Part shown: piece by piece, positions 1 to 9,774 of the stretch
Layout of the letters: each line of letters starts with the position of its first letter
Position numbering within the stretch: position 1 is the first letter of the stretch
DNA from: an uncultured Eubacteriales bacterium
GTDB lineage: Bacteria; Bacillota; Clostridia; Oscillospirales; UBA644
DNA: 64,000 nt
Assembly: GCA_902373415.1 (NCBI GenBank)
Contig: CABKLX010000002.1
Location: forward strand, 37,425 to 101,424
Reading direction: 5' to 3'
The notes under the pieces: model-generated
Told to the model about the DNA's origin: nothing
Seen by the model: only the letters and a program-made list of their open reading frames with translations
The model's database searches: none
Position numbers and translations under genes: made by a program

Positions 1-683
1 GTCGCCGATTTCAGACGCACCCCCGACAGATCCGTGACCGTCAGACAGGAATGCTTTTCTTCGCATTCCTTCCCGATGACGCGGAGCGCTTTTTCATCGT
101 TTCCTCCGTAAAGCGTCGGACATCCTTCTTTGACTATGCCCGCCTTTTCCCATGCGATCTTTTCAACCGTATCTCCGAGAATTTCCGTGTGATCGAGCGC
201 AACGCCCGTTATAACGGAAAGAAGGCTGTTTTTTATTACGTTCGTCGAGTCGTATCTGCCTCCGAGTCCGACTTCGAGAACGACTATATCGCATTTCGTT
301 TCGTAAAACCAAAGAAAAGCCGCGGCTGTTATGAAATCGAACGATGACGGGAGTATTTTCATCGTTTCGGCTTTTTTTCTGACTTTTTCAAAGAGTTCGT
401 CAAGATCTTCGTCCGAGATCGGCGAACCGTCAACTCGGATACGGTCGTTGAAAACAACGATATACGGAGAGGTGTAAAGCCCGACTTTGTAGCCCTCTTT
501 CCGGAGTATGGAGTCCGTCATTGCGCAGAACGAGCCTTTCCCGTTCGTTCCCGCAACATGGATAAAACGGAGTTTATCCTGCGGATCGCCCAGAAGATGC
601 AGAAGTTCTCTTTCGCACTCCGTTCCGAAACGTGATCCTATCGAACGGAGTTTTTCGAGAAATTTTTCGTTTTCTTCATTCAT
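1..683 (-). CDS. folC: Folylpolyglutamate synthase / dihydrofolate synthase FolC, N-terminal part (gene runs off the window start)
   Basis: Hand translation of the minus strand from ATG 683..681 gives MNEENEKFLEKLRSIGSRFGTE...RFIHVAGTNGKGSFCAMTDSILRKEGYKVGLYTSPYIVVFNDRI. HVAGTNGKGS is the Mur-ligase P-loop. The start overlaps the folT stop (ATGA). It is absent from the ORF track because no stop lies inside the window. Confidence 0.85.
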   Translation of the reverse strand, partial: MNEENEKFLEKLRSIGSRFGTECERELLHLLGDPQDKLRFIHVAGTNGKGSFCAMTDSILRKEGYKVGLYTSPYIVVFNDRIRVDGSPISDEDLDELFEKVRKKAETMKILPSSFDFITAAAFLWFYETKCDIVVLEVGLGGRYDSTNVIKNSLLSVITGVALDHTEILGDTVEKIAWEKAGIVKEGCPTLYGGNDEKALRVIGKECEEKHSCLTVTDLSGVRLKSA

Positions 684-1237
684 TTTGTTTCCCCTCTTAG
701 TCTTCCGAAAAAAGCCCTCGCGCCTTTATTCAGAACAATTAGCCGTATAACGACGGCGATCGAAATATAGTTGAACGCAAAGGACGGAAGCCTCGAAAGA
801 ACGTAGAGAAGAAACGGCGTTCCTTGCGCGTAATACAGCCACAGCCCGAACGATGTCACGAGCGCCGAACCGACCGCGGCGGCGGGGATTATAGACAGAA
901 AAAGCCGCAAAGTCAGCGGAACTTTTGTGAATACACAGTTGTAAAAAACGCCCGAAAGAAAAGCGGTCAGAACAAATCCGAGCGTGATCAGCGGATTTAT
1001 GGAATATCCGACGAGCAGGCATCCGAGAATGTCCGCGACGCACGCGATGACCGCTCCCGCGATCGGCGACAGATATATCGCGGCGAAAATTACGGGAAGA
1101 GCCCCGAGCCCGACTCTTATCGAATTGCCTATCGGGAACGCGACGAATTTGTCAAGCACGACCGTCATCGCGGTGCAAAGCCCCATGACGGCGAGCGCTT
1201 TCGGCGTGAAGAGAGTTGATTTTTTTGTGTTTTTCAT
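680..1237 (-). CDS. folT: Folate-family ECF transporter S component (FolT-like)
   Basis: ORF 680..1375 trimmed to the internal ATG at 1237 (MKNTKKSTLF...), which follows a GGAAGGAGG RBS. The product is about 185 aa with several hydrophobic helices. A THF riboswitch lies immediately 5' and folC is translationally coupled 3'. Confidence 0.75.
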   Translation of the reverse strand: MKNTKKSTLFTPKALAVMGLCTAMTVVLDKFVAFPIGNSIRVGLGALPVIFAAIYLSPIAGAVIACVADILGCLLVGYSINPLITLGFVLTAFLSGVFYNCVFTKVPLTLRLFLSIIPAAAVGSALVTSFGLWLYYAQGTPFLLYVLSRLPSFAFNYISIAVVIRLIVLNKGARAFFGRLRGETK

Positions 1238-1294
1238 TGATAAAACCTCCTTCCCCGTTTTGACGCAAAAAGGAGGTTTTTGCTCCGATTGCAC

Positions 1295-1422
1295 AACAGC
1301 GGGATGCGGACGCAAAACCGCGTTGCGAAAAGCGACTTCGTCCGCGGACAACTCCCTGTTCCGACGGCACTTCAAGCGGCGTTTTTTTTGAAAACGCGCT
1401 AACGCTTTGCGTCCTACTCTGT
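1295..1422 (-). promoter_or_regulatory. THF (tetrahydrofolate) riboswitch aptamer, class I, with an extra internal hairpin
   Basis: The minus-strand RNA reads CAGAGUAGGACGCAAAGCGUUAG...CAGGGAGUUGUCCGCGGACGAAGUCG...CGCAACGCGGUUUUGCGUCCGCAUCCCGCUG. This matches the conserved THF-I blocks as I recall them from the Eubacterium siraeum aptamer (AGAGUAG, GCGUUAAG, GGGA loop, CGAAG, GCGCGG, GCAUCCGCU). There is a long-range helix GGACGCAAA:UUUGCGUCC. A TATAAT -10 sits at 1432..1427 just upstream. Confidence 0.8.
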
Positions 1423-1467
1423 TAAAATTATAAATATTTCAAGCGACGCTTATCGCTTAAAAACAAC

Positions 1468-2304
1468 CTATCCGTTTTCGGGAACGACCTGTATCTTTTC
1501 CCATTCGCTTCCCGATTTGACGTATGCCCGTCCGTCCGTTCCGACCGCCCACGCGTCGGTGTACTGCGGCTCGACGAGAATGTTTCCCTTTGTGTCGATA
1601 TAACCCCAACCTTTTTCCGTCTTGACCGCCGCGCAGCCGTTTTCAAAACTTTCCGCGTCCGTAAATGTTCCGCGTATCATCTGCTTTGAATAAATGTTGA
1701 CGAACGACCACGATCCGTTCTTGCAGACGGGAAGAAGGTCTGCGGAATAGAATTTCACGCTGTCGTAGGAAAATGCGCCGAGTTCCTCGCCGTCAAGTCC
1801 GATAAGACCGTATTTCCCGTTCTTTCTGACTGCGGCGACCCCGTCAGAGAACGGTTCGGCGTTTTCATAGATCGGTTCGACGAGCCAGGCATACTCTATC
1901 GAAGTCTTTCCTTTGTCATCCGTGCTCTCGAAAAACCGAAGAAATCCCCATTTTCCGTTTTGGCAGACTGCGGCATACCATTTTCTCGTCCCGTCCGTCG
2001 AATATTCGGTCGCGACTCTTGCGTCGTCGAAATCGGCTTCCGTCAGGGTCAGCGTTTTTCCGTTGTATTGCGTTTTATAGTAATATTTTTCTCCCGAAAG
2101 AACGGGATAAACGTCTGTTTCGGTGTATGTGACGAATTTATCCGATCTGTAAACGATCCCGCTTTTCGCATTCGCTTTTGCGCAGATCTCGTCAAAACTT
2201 TCGCCCCGTGTTCCGAGCAGTAACCAAAGAGTAAGCGCGACGGCAACGACGCCGAGAGCAATAAGCAAACCTATCCCGCTTTTTCTTCTCTTTTTCCGTG
2301 ACAT
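1468..2304 (-). CDS. Membrane-anchored WG-repeat (KWG-type) protein
   Basis: 278-aa ORF with an N-terminal TM segment (GIGLLIALGVVAVALTLWLLL). It carries repeated motifs NGKWGFL, NGKYGLIGLDGEE, NGSWSFVN and KGWGYIDTKGN. Confidence 0.75.
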   Translation of the reverse strand: MSRKKRRKSGIGLLIALGVVAVALTLWLLLGTRGESFDEICAKANAKSGIVYRSDKFVTYTETDVYPVLSGEKYYYKTQYNGKTLTLTEADFDDARVATEYSTDGTRKWYAAVCQNGKWGFLRFFESTDDKGKTSIEYAWLVEPIYENAEPFSDGVAAVRKNGKYGLIGLDGEELGAFSYDSVKFYSADLLPVCKNGSWSFVNIYSKQMIRGTFTDAESFENGCAAVKTEKGWGYIDTKGNILVEPQYTDAWAVGTDGRAYVKSGSEWEKIQVVPENG

Positions 2305-2458
2305 CGGCGCTCATCTCTTTCCGTGCATAAACTTTCCTGCAAATTATAACAGACAATTTTGCAAAAATCAATATAGTTTTGAATAAAAGCATTGATTTGA
2401 CACAAAAAATATACTATACTGTATAGGTAAAGATTGACATATACGGAGGTTTTTTCAA

Positions 2459-4312
2459 ATGGAAGAAAAAGGCGGCATCTCCGTCAGGACGGAGCATATT
2501 TTTCCCATAATCAAAAGGTGGCTTTATTCGGACAAGGATATATTTCTGCGTGAGATCGTTTCAAACGCGAGTGACGCGATAACAAAACTGCGACATCTCT
2601 GCGCGATCGGCGAGGCTCAGGATATAGACGAGTCGGATTACCGCATAACCGTTACCGCGGATGAGAACGCGAAGACCGTTTCCGTTGAGGATAACGGGAT
2701 CGGTATGACTGCGGATGAAGTCAGAAACTATATAAACAACATCGCTCTTTCCGGCGCGCTCGAATTTGTTAAAAAATATGAGGGATCGAACGCCGAAAAC
2801 GACGGGATAATCGGACATTTCGGTCTCGGCTTTTATTCCGCTTTCATGGTCGCGGACAAGGTCACGATCGAAACGAAGTCCTACAACGGAGAAGACGCCG
2901 TCAAGTGGACGGGCTCGGAGGACGGCAGTTTCGTTATGGAAGACTGCGACCGTGACGGACGCGGAACAAAGGTCACGATGTATCTGACCGACGAGGACGC
3001 GGAATTCGGGAAAAAGGGCAAACTGACCGAGATCCTTGAAAAGTACTGCGCGTTCATGCCTTTTCCGATCTGCCTTTCGATCGTCGGCGAGGAGCCGCAG
3101 AAGGACAAGGACGGAAATGTTGTTGAACCGAAACCGCTGAACGACACCCAACCGCTTTGGCAGAAACAGCCTTCGGAATGCACGGAGGAGGAGTATTCGG
3201 AGTTCTACAAAAAAGTTTTCAACGATTATCGCGACCCGATATTCCACATACATCTGAATGCGGATTATCCGCTGAATTTCAAAGGTATTCTTTATTTCCC
3301 GCGCATGACGAGCGCGTACGAGGGCGTTGAGGGACAGATCAAACTTTTCTACAACAGAGTGTTCGTCGCGGATAATATCAAGGAAATAATTCCCGACTAT
3401 CTGCTCATGCTCAAAGGCGTTCTCGACTGCCCCGAAATGCCTCTGAACGTCTCGAGAAGCTATTTGCAGAACAACGCGTATGTTTCAAAGGTCAGCGCGC
3501 ATATCGTCAAAAAAGTCTGCGATAAACTTGTTTCCATCCATGATACGGACCTTGAGAAGTACAAGACGGAGTGGGACGAACTGAAAACATTCGTCAAATA
3601 CGCGTCGATGCGGGATAAAAAGGTCTATGACCGCTTGAAGGACATCGTTCTCATGGAGACCGTGGACGGCGATTACGTCAGCCTTAAAGAGTATCTTGAA
3701 ACGGCGCGCGAAAAGGACGGAAAGAAGATCGTTTATTACGCGACGGATAAAAAACAGCAGGCTGTCTACATCAATATGTTCAAGAACGAGGGGATAACCG
3801 TCGTTGTTCTTGCCGACTTCATCGACAACAACTATATGAGCATCGTCGAGCAGAGCGAGCAAAACGTCAAATTCCTGCGTATCGACGCGGAGGCGGACGC
3901 GCTGAAAACCGATGCGGAGTCTTCCGAAAACGAAAAACTTAAAGAACTTTTCGCGAAGATCGGCGGAAACGAGACCATGAAGATAACCTTCATGCCGCTC
4001 AAAGACACGAAGATCCCGGCGCTTCTCAACATCGACGAGGAAAGCAGACGCTTTTCCGAGATGATGAAGATGTACGCCGCCGCGAATAAGAAGATGCAGG
4101 AGGATCTGCCTCAGCAGGCGACTCTTGTTCTGAACACCGAGAACGCGCTGATCAAAAAACTCGGCACGAACTGCGAAAACGGCGCGTCGGATGTTGACGA
4201 AGCGATCGCGAGACAGATCTACACGCTCGCGCTTATCGGACAGAGACAACTCTCCGCCTCCGAACTCGAAGCGTTCCTTGACAACAGTTACGGGCTTCTC
4301 GAAAAACTGTAA
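2459..4312 (+). CDS. htpG: Molecular chaperone HtpG (Hsp90 family)
   Basis: 617-aa ORF with the GHKL ATPase N-terminus HIFPIIKRWLYSDKDIFLREIVSNASDAITKLR and DNGIGMT. GGAGG RBS upstream. Confidence 0.95.
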   Translation: MEEKGGISVRTEHIFPIIKRWLYSDKDIFLREIVSNASDAITKLRHLCAIGEAQDIDESDYRITVTADENAKTVSVEDNGIGMTADEVRNYINNIALSGALEFVKKYEGSNAENDGIIGHFGLGFYSAFMVADKVTIETKSYNGEDAVKWTGSEDGSFVMEDCDRDGRGTKVTMYLTDEDAEFGKKGKLTEILEKYCAFMPFPICLSIVGEEPQKDKDGNVVEPKPLNDTQPLWQKQPSECTEEEYSEFYKKVFNDYRDPIFHIHLNADYPLNFKGILYFPRMTSAYEGVEGQIKLFYNRVFVADNIKEIIPDYLLMLKGVLDCPEMPLNVSRSYLQNNAYVSKVSAHIVKKVCDKLVSIHDTDLEKYKTEWDELKTFVKYASMRDKKVYDRLKDIVLMETVDGDYVSLKEYLETAREKDGKKIVYYATDKKQQAVYINMFKNEGITVVVLADFIDNNYMSIVEQSEQNVKFLRIDAEADALKTDAESSENEKLKELFAKIGGNETMKITFMPLKDTKIPALLNIDEESRRFSEMMKMYAAANKKMQEDLPQQATLVLNTENALIKKLGTNCENGASDVDEAIARQIYTLALIGQRQLSASELEAFLDNSYGLLEKL

Positions 4313-4332
4313 AAAACCGATCGTTTATAAAT

Positions 4333-4379
4333 AAAGGCTCTCTCCCGAGATCTCGGGAAAGAGCCTTTATTGTTTTTTT
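4333..4379 (+). terminator. Intrinsic terminator after htpG (partly bidirectional)
   Basis: Helix AAAGGCUCUCUCCCGAGA/UCUCGGGAAAGAGCCUUU followed by AUUGUUUUUUU. It lies between convergent htpG and the XRE gene. Confidence 0.85.
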
Positions 4380-4389
4380 GAATTCCGAC

Positions 4390-4893
4390 TCATTCAAGGT
4401 GCGACGCGACGTCCGAAAGCAGATCGAGGGCTTCGTTCAGTACGGCGTCGTTCGCGTAAACGCCGACATCCGCAAGTTCACAGCTGAGTTTTGCGAGACG
4501 GATCTCGTCGGAGCAACCCGTTGCGTTCTTCGCCTCCGCGAGATACGATTTTGCCAACAGCGCGCAGGCTTCGTCATAAAACTCAAACCTGCGGTTTTTG
4601 CGGCTGATCGCGGGAGAGAGAAGCTCGATCACTCTTTTGTGATCCTTCTCCGAAAAACTCGCTTTTGCGAGCGTGAGAGTTTCCTCGTCTCCGTACTGCG
4701 GAACGAGAACGGAAATGGGAATGTCGAGCCGTTCGGAAAGATATTCAAGCGTTCCGACGGAGGGAATCGCGGCCCCGTTTTCGATCCGGCTTATCATGTT
4801 TCTTGTGACGCGGTCGCCCGCGACCTCGCTTTGAGTCATCCTTCGCGCTATACGCGCTTTTTTCAGTCTTTTGCCGAATTCGGTCTTGTCCAT
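4390..4893 (-). CDS. XRE-family helix-turn-helix transcriptional regulator with helical C-terminal domain
   Basis: ORF 4390..4956 trimmed to ATG 4893 (MDKTEFGKRLKKARIARRMTQSEVAG...ISRIENG), which follows GGGAGGCAGGTGG. This is the classic Cro/C1 HTH motif. Confidence 0.8.
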   Translation of the reverse strand: MDKTEFGKRLKKARIARRMTQSEVAGDRVTRNMISRIENGAAIPSVGTLEYLSERLDIPISVLVPQYGDEETLTLAKASFSEKDHKRVIELLSPAISRKNRRFEFYDEACALLAKSYLAEAKNATGCSDEIRLAKLSCELADVGVYANDAVLNEALDLLSDVASHLE

Positions 4894-5115
4894 CGGAACC
4901 ACCTGCCTCCCGCGGAGTATACTCTCTTTTTTTTCGGTTATGATTATAGCAGACATTCACGTGAATTTCAAGTTGATAGTGAAAGAATTTGAAAACATAT
5001 TGTAAACAAAAATCAAAATTATTCTGTCATTCGCCCGTTTTGGCGTCCGTTGGGGCGCGAAAAGGACAAAAGAATATCTTTCGGTGGCTTTTATTAAAAA
5101 AATGGGCGCGGATAC

Positions 5116-5144
5116 TTGAAAAATTCCGTAATAGATGATATAAT
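5116..5144 (+). promoter_or_regulatory. Sigma-A type promoter upstream of smc
   Basis: TTGAAA (5116..5121), 17-nt spacer, TGATATAAT extended -10 (TATAAT 5139..5144). Confidence 0.55.
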
Positions 5145-5281
5145 AGTTATTATTATAGATTATTATACACGGCATTGGACCGTCTTCTGCGCGGCGCACT
5201 TTTATCACAGCGGGACGGAAATGCTTTTCGGAGAATTGTTTGCGAAAAAAAAGATGTGAAATGAAAGGACGGCGGTAACGG

Positions 5282-8200
5282 ATGCAGCTGAAATATATAG
5301 AACTGCAAGGCTTCAAGTCCTTCCCCGACAAGACAGTTATTTCCTTCGGCGACGGCATAACCGCCATAGTCGGTCCGAACGGAAGCGGAAAGAGCAATAT
5401 CGCGGACGCGGTTCGCTGGGTCATGGGGGAGACTTCTTCAAAGACCCTTCGCGGACAGAAAATGGAAGACGTGATCTTCGACGGAACCGCGATGCGTAAA
5501 CCTCTCGGATTTGCCGAGGTCTCGCTCGTTCTCGACAACTCGGACAGGACGCTCGATATCGAATATGACGAAGTCGCGATAACAAGAAGATATTACCGTT
5601 CGGGCGAAAGCGAGTATTTCATCAACCGTTCGGACGTTCGCCTGCGCGACGTTCAGGAACTTCTGCGCGATACGGGGCTCGGAAAAACGGGTTATTCGAT
5701 CATCGGACAGGGCGCGATAACCGAGATCATCGCCGCGAAGTCCGCGGACAGACGCGCGCTTTTCGAGGAAGCCGCGGGAATATCCAAGTTCAAGCATAAA
5801 AAAGACGAGAGCGTCCGTAAACTGACGCAGACGCAGGATAATATAACCCGTATCAAGGACATAACCGCCGAACTCGAAGCCCGTCTCGGTCCTCTTGAAA
5901 AACAGTCGCAGAAAGCGAGAAAGTATCTTGCGCTCCGCGAGGAGAGGATGGGGCTTGAACTGACGCTTTGGACAGACCGTCTCGACGCCATAAAAGAGAT
6001 CCTCGCGAACGCCGAAAAGCAGACGGAGGAACTTCGGGAGAGTTACGGGAATACCGAGCGCGAATTGCAGCAGACGGAGACGAGAATAACCGATCTGACA
6101 TCGCAGGGCGAAGCCCTGACCGTTCAGATCGAACAGATACGCGCGCGAAACAAAGAGAAAGAGGAGATCGTTCAACAGAAAAAGGCGCAGATCCTTGTTG
6201 CGGAAAACGATATAGAACACGCGAAAAAAGATATAGGCCGTATGACCGAAAGTCTGACGCAGACCGACGCGGACGCCGAAAAGAACGCGGAAATGGAAAA
6301 GACTTATCTTTCCGAGATCGCGGAGTTTGAAAAGAAACTCGCGGAAAAGGATGCGGAGATCAAAGCGCTTGAAGAGGAGGCGGCCGCGGCGGAAGCGGAA
6401 AAAGCGGCAGCTTCCCGGACGGAAGCCGAGATAAACGCGGAGATCGCGAAACTGAATGATTCTCTGACTTTTCTGAAAGTCCGTCTCGGGTCTCTCGATC
6501 AGGCGGAGCAGACGCGTTCGGAATATATCAGGGAAAGAACGCAGGATATCGAAGACGCGAAAGCCCGTATGCGTTCGATCGAGGCGTCGCGGGCGCAGAC
6601 CGAAAAGCAGATAGCGGAAACGAAAGAACTGCTGAAAGAAAATGAGAATGTTTCGGGCGGATATGAGGTCAAACTGAGATCCGTTTCCGAAAAACTTTCT
6701 TCTCTCGGTTCCGAACTCGGATCAAAAGCGTCCGAACTCGACAGATGCCTGAACCGCCGTCAGATCCTTTCCGATATGGAAAAGCACTACGACGGTTTCC
6801 AGAACAGCGTAAAAGCGGTCATGACCGAAGCGGGAAGAGGAACACTTCTCGGCATAGAAGGAACCGTGTCGGAACTTATCGAGGTTCCCGACGATTATAC
6901 GACGGCGATCGAGACCGCTTTGGGCGGCACGCTTCAGAATATCGTCACTTCGGACGAGCGGAGCGCGAAAAACGCGATCGGGCTTCTGAAAAACAGAAAT
7001 CAGGGAAGAGCGACCTTTCTCCCCGTTTCAAACGTTCGCGGCGAGAGGATAAAACTTGACCGACTCGAGAACGAATACGGTTTCATAGGTCTTGCCGTCG
7101 ATTTGATAGAATACGATAAAAAATACGACGGCGTCATGACGTTCCTTCTCGGGAAAACAGTCGTATGCGACGATCTCGATTGCGCGACTGCGATCGCGAA
7201 AAAGAACGGTTACGCGTTCCGTTTCGTAACGCTTGACGGGCAGATCGTCAACGCGGGCGGCTCCCTGACGGGAGGTTCCGCGGCGAAGAATTTCGGAATA
7301 CTTTCACGCCGCAAGGAGATCGAGGAACTCGGAAAACTCTGTGAAAGTCTTGAAAAGCAGATCGACGGGCTCGAAGAAAGAGAAAGAAAACTGACTGCGG
7401 AAAAGAATTCGGTCGAAGCCGCCGTCGAGGGCGTCCGCGCGGAAAGCAGACGCTTGGAGACAGAACTTGTCCGCTTGAACGGCGACGCGGAGCATTACCG
7501 CGAATATGCCGAAAATATGACACGGCAGGAACAGCTTCTGAAACGCGAACTCGAAACTCTTTCCGAGGCAAGCGGGAGAGAAGCGGACGAAAGGGCGCTT
7601 GTCGAAAAGAAGTATTCCGAAACGGAAGAACTCATTTCGGATCGGAACGGAAAACTTTCCGCCAATGCCGAAGATATTGCCGCCGCGGATAAAAAGATCG
7701 CGGAAAACACCGAGAAAAGACACGGAGTCCTTCTTGAAAAAGCGGATATTTCCAATTCCGCCGAGAACATACGGGCGCAGATCGAAAGACTGCGCGAGGA
7801 CGAACGGCTCAGAAGCGAGAATGCGGAGAACATCCGCGCAGATATAAAAACTCTTGAAGAGCAGATATACGCGTATGAACAGGTCATCGCCGTTCTCGAC
7901 GGTGAAATCGAAGAGTTCGGAAAAGAAAGCGATGCGGACGAGGCGCAGATAAGCGAAAAGATCTCCGCGAGAGCGCTTCTCGAACAGCAGACAAACGAGT
8001 TGAGACGTTCGGAAAAGGATCTTTACGATCTTCGTGAAAAACTGTCGAGGGAGATCGAGAAGCAGTCAACCAAACTTGAAGGCGTCGGAGAGGAAAAAGA
8101 GACTCTGATCTCCAAGATATGGGAAGAGTACGAAATGACGCTTTCCGAGGCGCGTGAGCGGAGGGTGGATATCCCCGACGTCGCGGAAGCGCAGAAAAAA

Positions 8201-8839
8201 GTCTCTTCGATACGTGCGTCCATGAAGGCTCTCGGAGAGGTCAACCTCGGCGCGGTCGATGAATACATCGAGGTCAAGGAGCGTTACGACCGCCTTTCCG
8301 AACAGGTCGATGACCTTGTCAAAGCGAAAGACGGTCTTGAAAAGATCATTTCCGACCTGACGGACAGAATGAAGGATGTTTTCAAAGAACAGTTCAAAGT
8401 TATCAACAACGAGTTTGAAAAGGTCTTCAAGGAGCTGTTTAACGGCGGAAGCGCGAAACTCGAACTCGAAGACCCCGAAAACGTTCTCGAATCGGGAATA
8501 GATATATATGTCGCCCCGCCGGGCAAGATAATAAAGCATCTGTCATCGCTTTCGGGCGGAGAGCAGTCTTTGACCGCGATCGCGCTGTATTTTGCGATAA
8601 TGACGATAAGACCCGCTCCGTTCTGTCTGCTCGACGAGATCGAGGCGGCGCTTGACGACGTCAATGTCGTTCGTTACGCGGAGTATCTGCACCGTCACGA
8701 CAAGACGCAGTTCATCGTCATAACGCACAGGCGCGGAACGATGGAGGCGGCGAACAGACTGTACGGCGTCACGATGAAAGAAAAGGGCATTTCGCGCATA
8801 CTTGCCATAGACGTAAGCGAAATTGAAAAACATATCTGA
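5282..8839 (+). CDS. smc: Chromosome segregation protein SMC
   Basis: 1185 aa with an N-terminal Walker A (VGPNGSGKSNIADA), long coiled coils, a hinge, a C-terminal signature LSGGE and Walker B LLDEIEAALD. Confidence 0.97.
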   Translation: MQLKYIELQGFKSFPDKTVISFGDGITAIVGPNGSGKSNIADAVRWVMGETSSKTLRGQKMEDVIFDGTAMRKPLGFAEVSLVLDNSDRTLDIEYDEVAITRRYYRSGESEYFINRSDVRLRDVQELLRDTGLGKTGYSIIGQGAITEIIAAKSADRRALFEEAAGISKFKHKKDESVRKLTQTQDNITRIKDITAELEARLGPLEKQSQKARKYLALREERMGLELTLWTDRLDAIKEILANAEKQTEELRESYGNTERELQQTETRITDLTSQGEALTVQIEQIRARNKEKEEIVQQKKAQILVAENDIEHAKKDIGRMTESLTQTDADAEKNAEMEKTYLSEIAEFEKKLAEKDAEIKALEEEAAAAEAEKAAASRTEAEINAEIAKLNDSLTFLKVRLGSLDQAEQTRSEYIRERTQDIEDAKARMRSIEASRAQTEKQIAETKELLKENENVSGGYEVKLRSVSEKLSSLGSELGSKASELDRCLNRRQILSDMEKHYDGFQNSVKAVMTEAGRGTLLGIEGTVSELIEVPDDYTTAIETALGGTLQNIVTSDERSAKNAIGLLKNRNQGRATFLPVSNVRGERIKLDRLENEYGFIGLAVDLIEYDKKYDGVMTFLLGKTVVCDDLDCATAIAKKNGYAFRFVTLDGQIVNAGGSLTGGSAAKNFGILSRRKEIEELGKLCESLEKQIDGLEERERKLTAEKNSVEAAVEGVRAESRRLETELVRLNGDAEHYREYAENMTRQEQLLKRELETLSEASGREADERALVEKKYSETEELISDRNGKLSANAEDIAAADKKIAENTEKRHGVLLEKADISNSAENIRAQIERLREDERLRSENAENIRADIKTLEEQIYAYEQVIAVLDGEIEEFGKESDADEAQISEKISARALLEQQTNELRRSEKDLYDLREKLSREIEKQSTKLEGVGEEKETLISKIWEEYEMTLSEARERRVDIPDVAEAQKKVSSIRASMKALGEVNLGAVDEYIEVKERYDRLSEQVDDLVKAKDGLEKIISDLTDRMKDVFKEQFKVINNEFEKVFKELFNGGSAKLELEDPENVLESGIDIYVAPPGKIIKHLSSLSGGEQSLTAIALYFAIMTIRPAPFCLLDEIEAALDDVNVVRYAEYLHRHDKTQFIVITHRRGTMEAANRLYGVTMKEKGISRILAIDVSEIEKHI

Positions 8840-8853
8840 AAAGGGAATCGAAA

Positions 8854-9774
8854 ATGGGATTTTTCAGCAAAATAAAAGAAGGACTCAAAAAGACTCGCAC
8901 TTCGATCGGGGACGGGTTCAACGCCGTTTTCTCCGTCTTCAAAAAAGTTGACGAGGACTTTCTCGAAGAACTTCTTGAACTTCTTATCATGGCGGATGTC
9001 GGTTACGATACGTCGGAACGCATAATCGGCGAACTTCGCAAAAAGGCGAAACTCGAAAGCCTCAACGACCCCGAAAGCGTCAAAAATGCTCTCGCGCAGA
9101 TCATCGCGGAGGCGATGACGGGCGAAAACGGTTTGAATATATCAACCTCTCCGTCCGTTATTCTCGTCGTCGGCGTCAACGGCGTCGGAAAAACGACGAC
9201 GATCGGAAAACTTGCACACCGTCTTTCGGAAAGCGGCAAAAAAGTCATCATCGGGGCGGCGGATACTTTCCGCGCCGCGGCGATCGATCAGATCTCCGTC
9301 TGGGCGGAGCGGAGCGGCACGGATATCGTCAGACATCAGGACGGAGCCGATCCCGCGGCGGTCGTTTTCGATACGATAGCGGCGGCAAAAGCGAGAAAGG
9401 CTGACGTTATCATCTGCGACACCGCAGGCAGACTTCACAACAAAAAGAATCTGATGGGAGAACTTGAAAAAATAATGCGCGTCATCGACCGCGAACTCCC
9501 CGACGCGGACAAGGAGATACTTCTCGTTCTTGACGCGACGACCGGGCAGAACGCGATCGAACAGGCGAAAGATTTCAAAGAAGCCGTCGGCGTTACCGGT
9601 GTGGCTCTCACAAAACTTGACGGAACGGCGAAGGGCGGCATAACGATCGCTGTCAAGGACGTTACAGGCGTTCCCGTCAAACTCGTCGGCGTCGGCGAGG
9701 GTATAGACGATCTGCAGTATTTCGAGCCCGACGCGTTCGCAAAGGCTCTTGTCGGAATTGAGGAAACGGAATGA
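8854..9774 (+). CDS. ftsY: Signal recognition particle receptor FtsY
   Basis: 306 aa with SRP-GTPase motifs GVNGVGKTTTIGKLA, DTAGRLH and TKLDGTAKGG. Confidence 0.95.
   Translation: MGFFSKIKEGLKKTRTSIGDGFNAVFSVFKKVDEDFLEELLELLIMADVGYDTSERIIGELRKKAKLESLNDPESVKNALAQIIAEAMTGENGLNISTSPSVILVVGVNGVGKTTTIGKLAHRLSESGKKVIIGAADTFRAAAIDQISVWAERSGTDIVRHQDGADPAAVVFDTIAAAKARKADVIICDTAGRLHNKKNLMGELEKIMRVIDRELPDADKEILLVLDATTGQNAIEQAKDFKEAVGVTGVALTKLDGTAKGGITIAVKDVTGVPVKLVGVGEGIDDLQYFEPDAFAKALVGIEETE

Noticed and set aside
51-347. 98-aa plus-strand ORF at the window start
   Set aside because: It lies antisense to the folC coding sequence, which carries the Mur-ligase P-loop.
2305-2458. CIRCE/HrcA operator upstream of htpG
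   Set aside because: No TTAGCACTC-N9-GAGTGCTAA-like inverted repeat is present. There is only a plausible TTGACA-17-TGTATA promoter.
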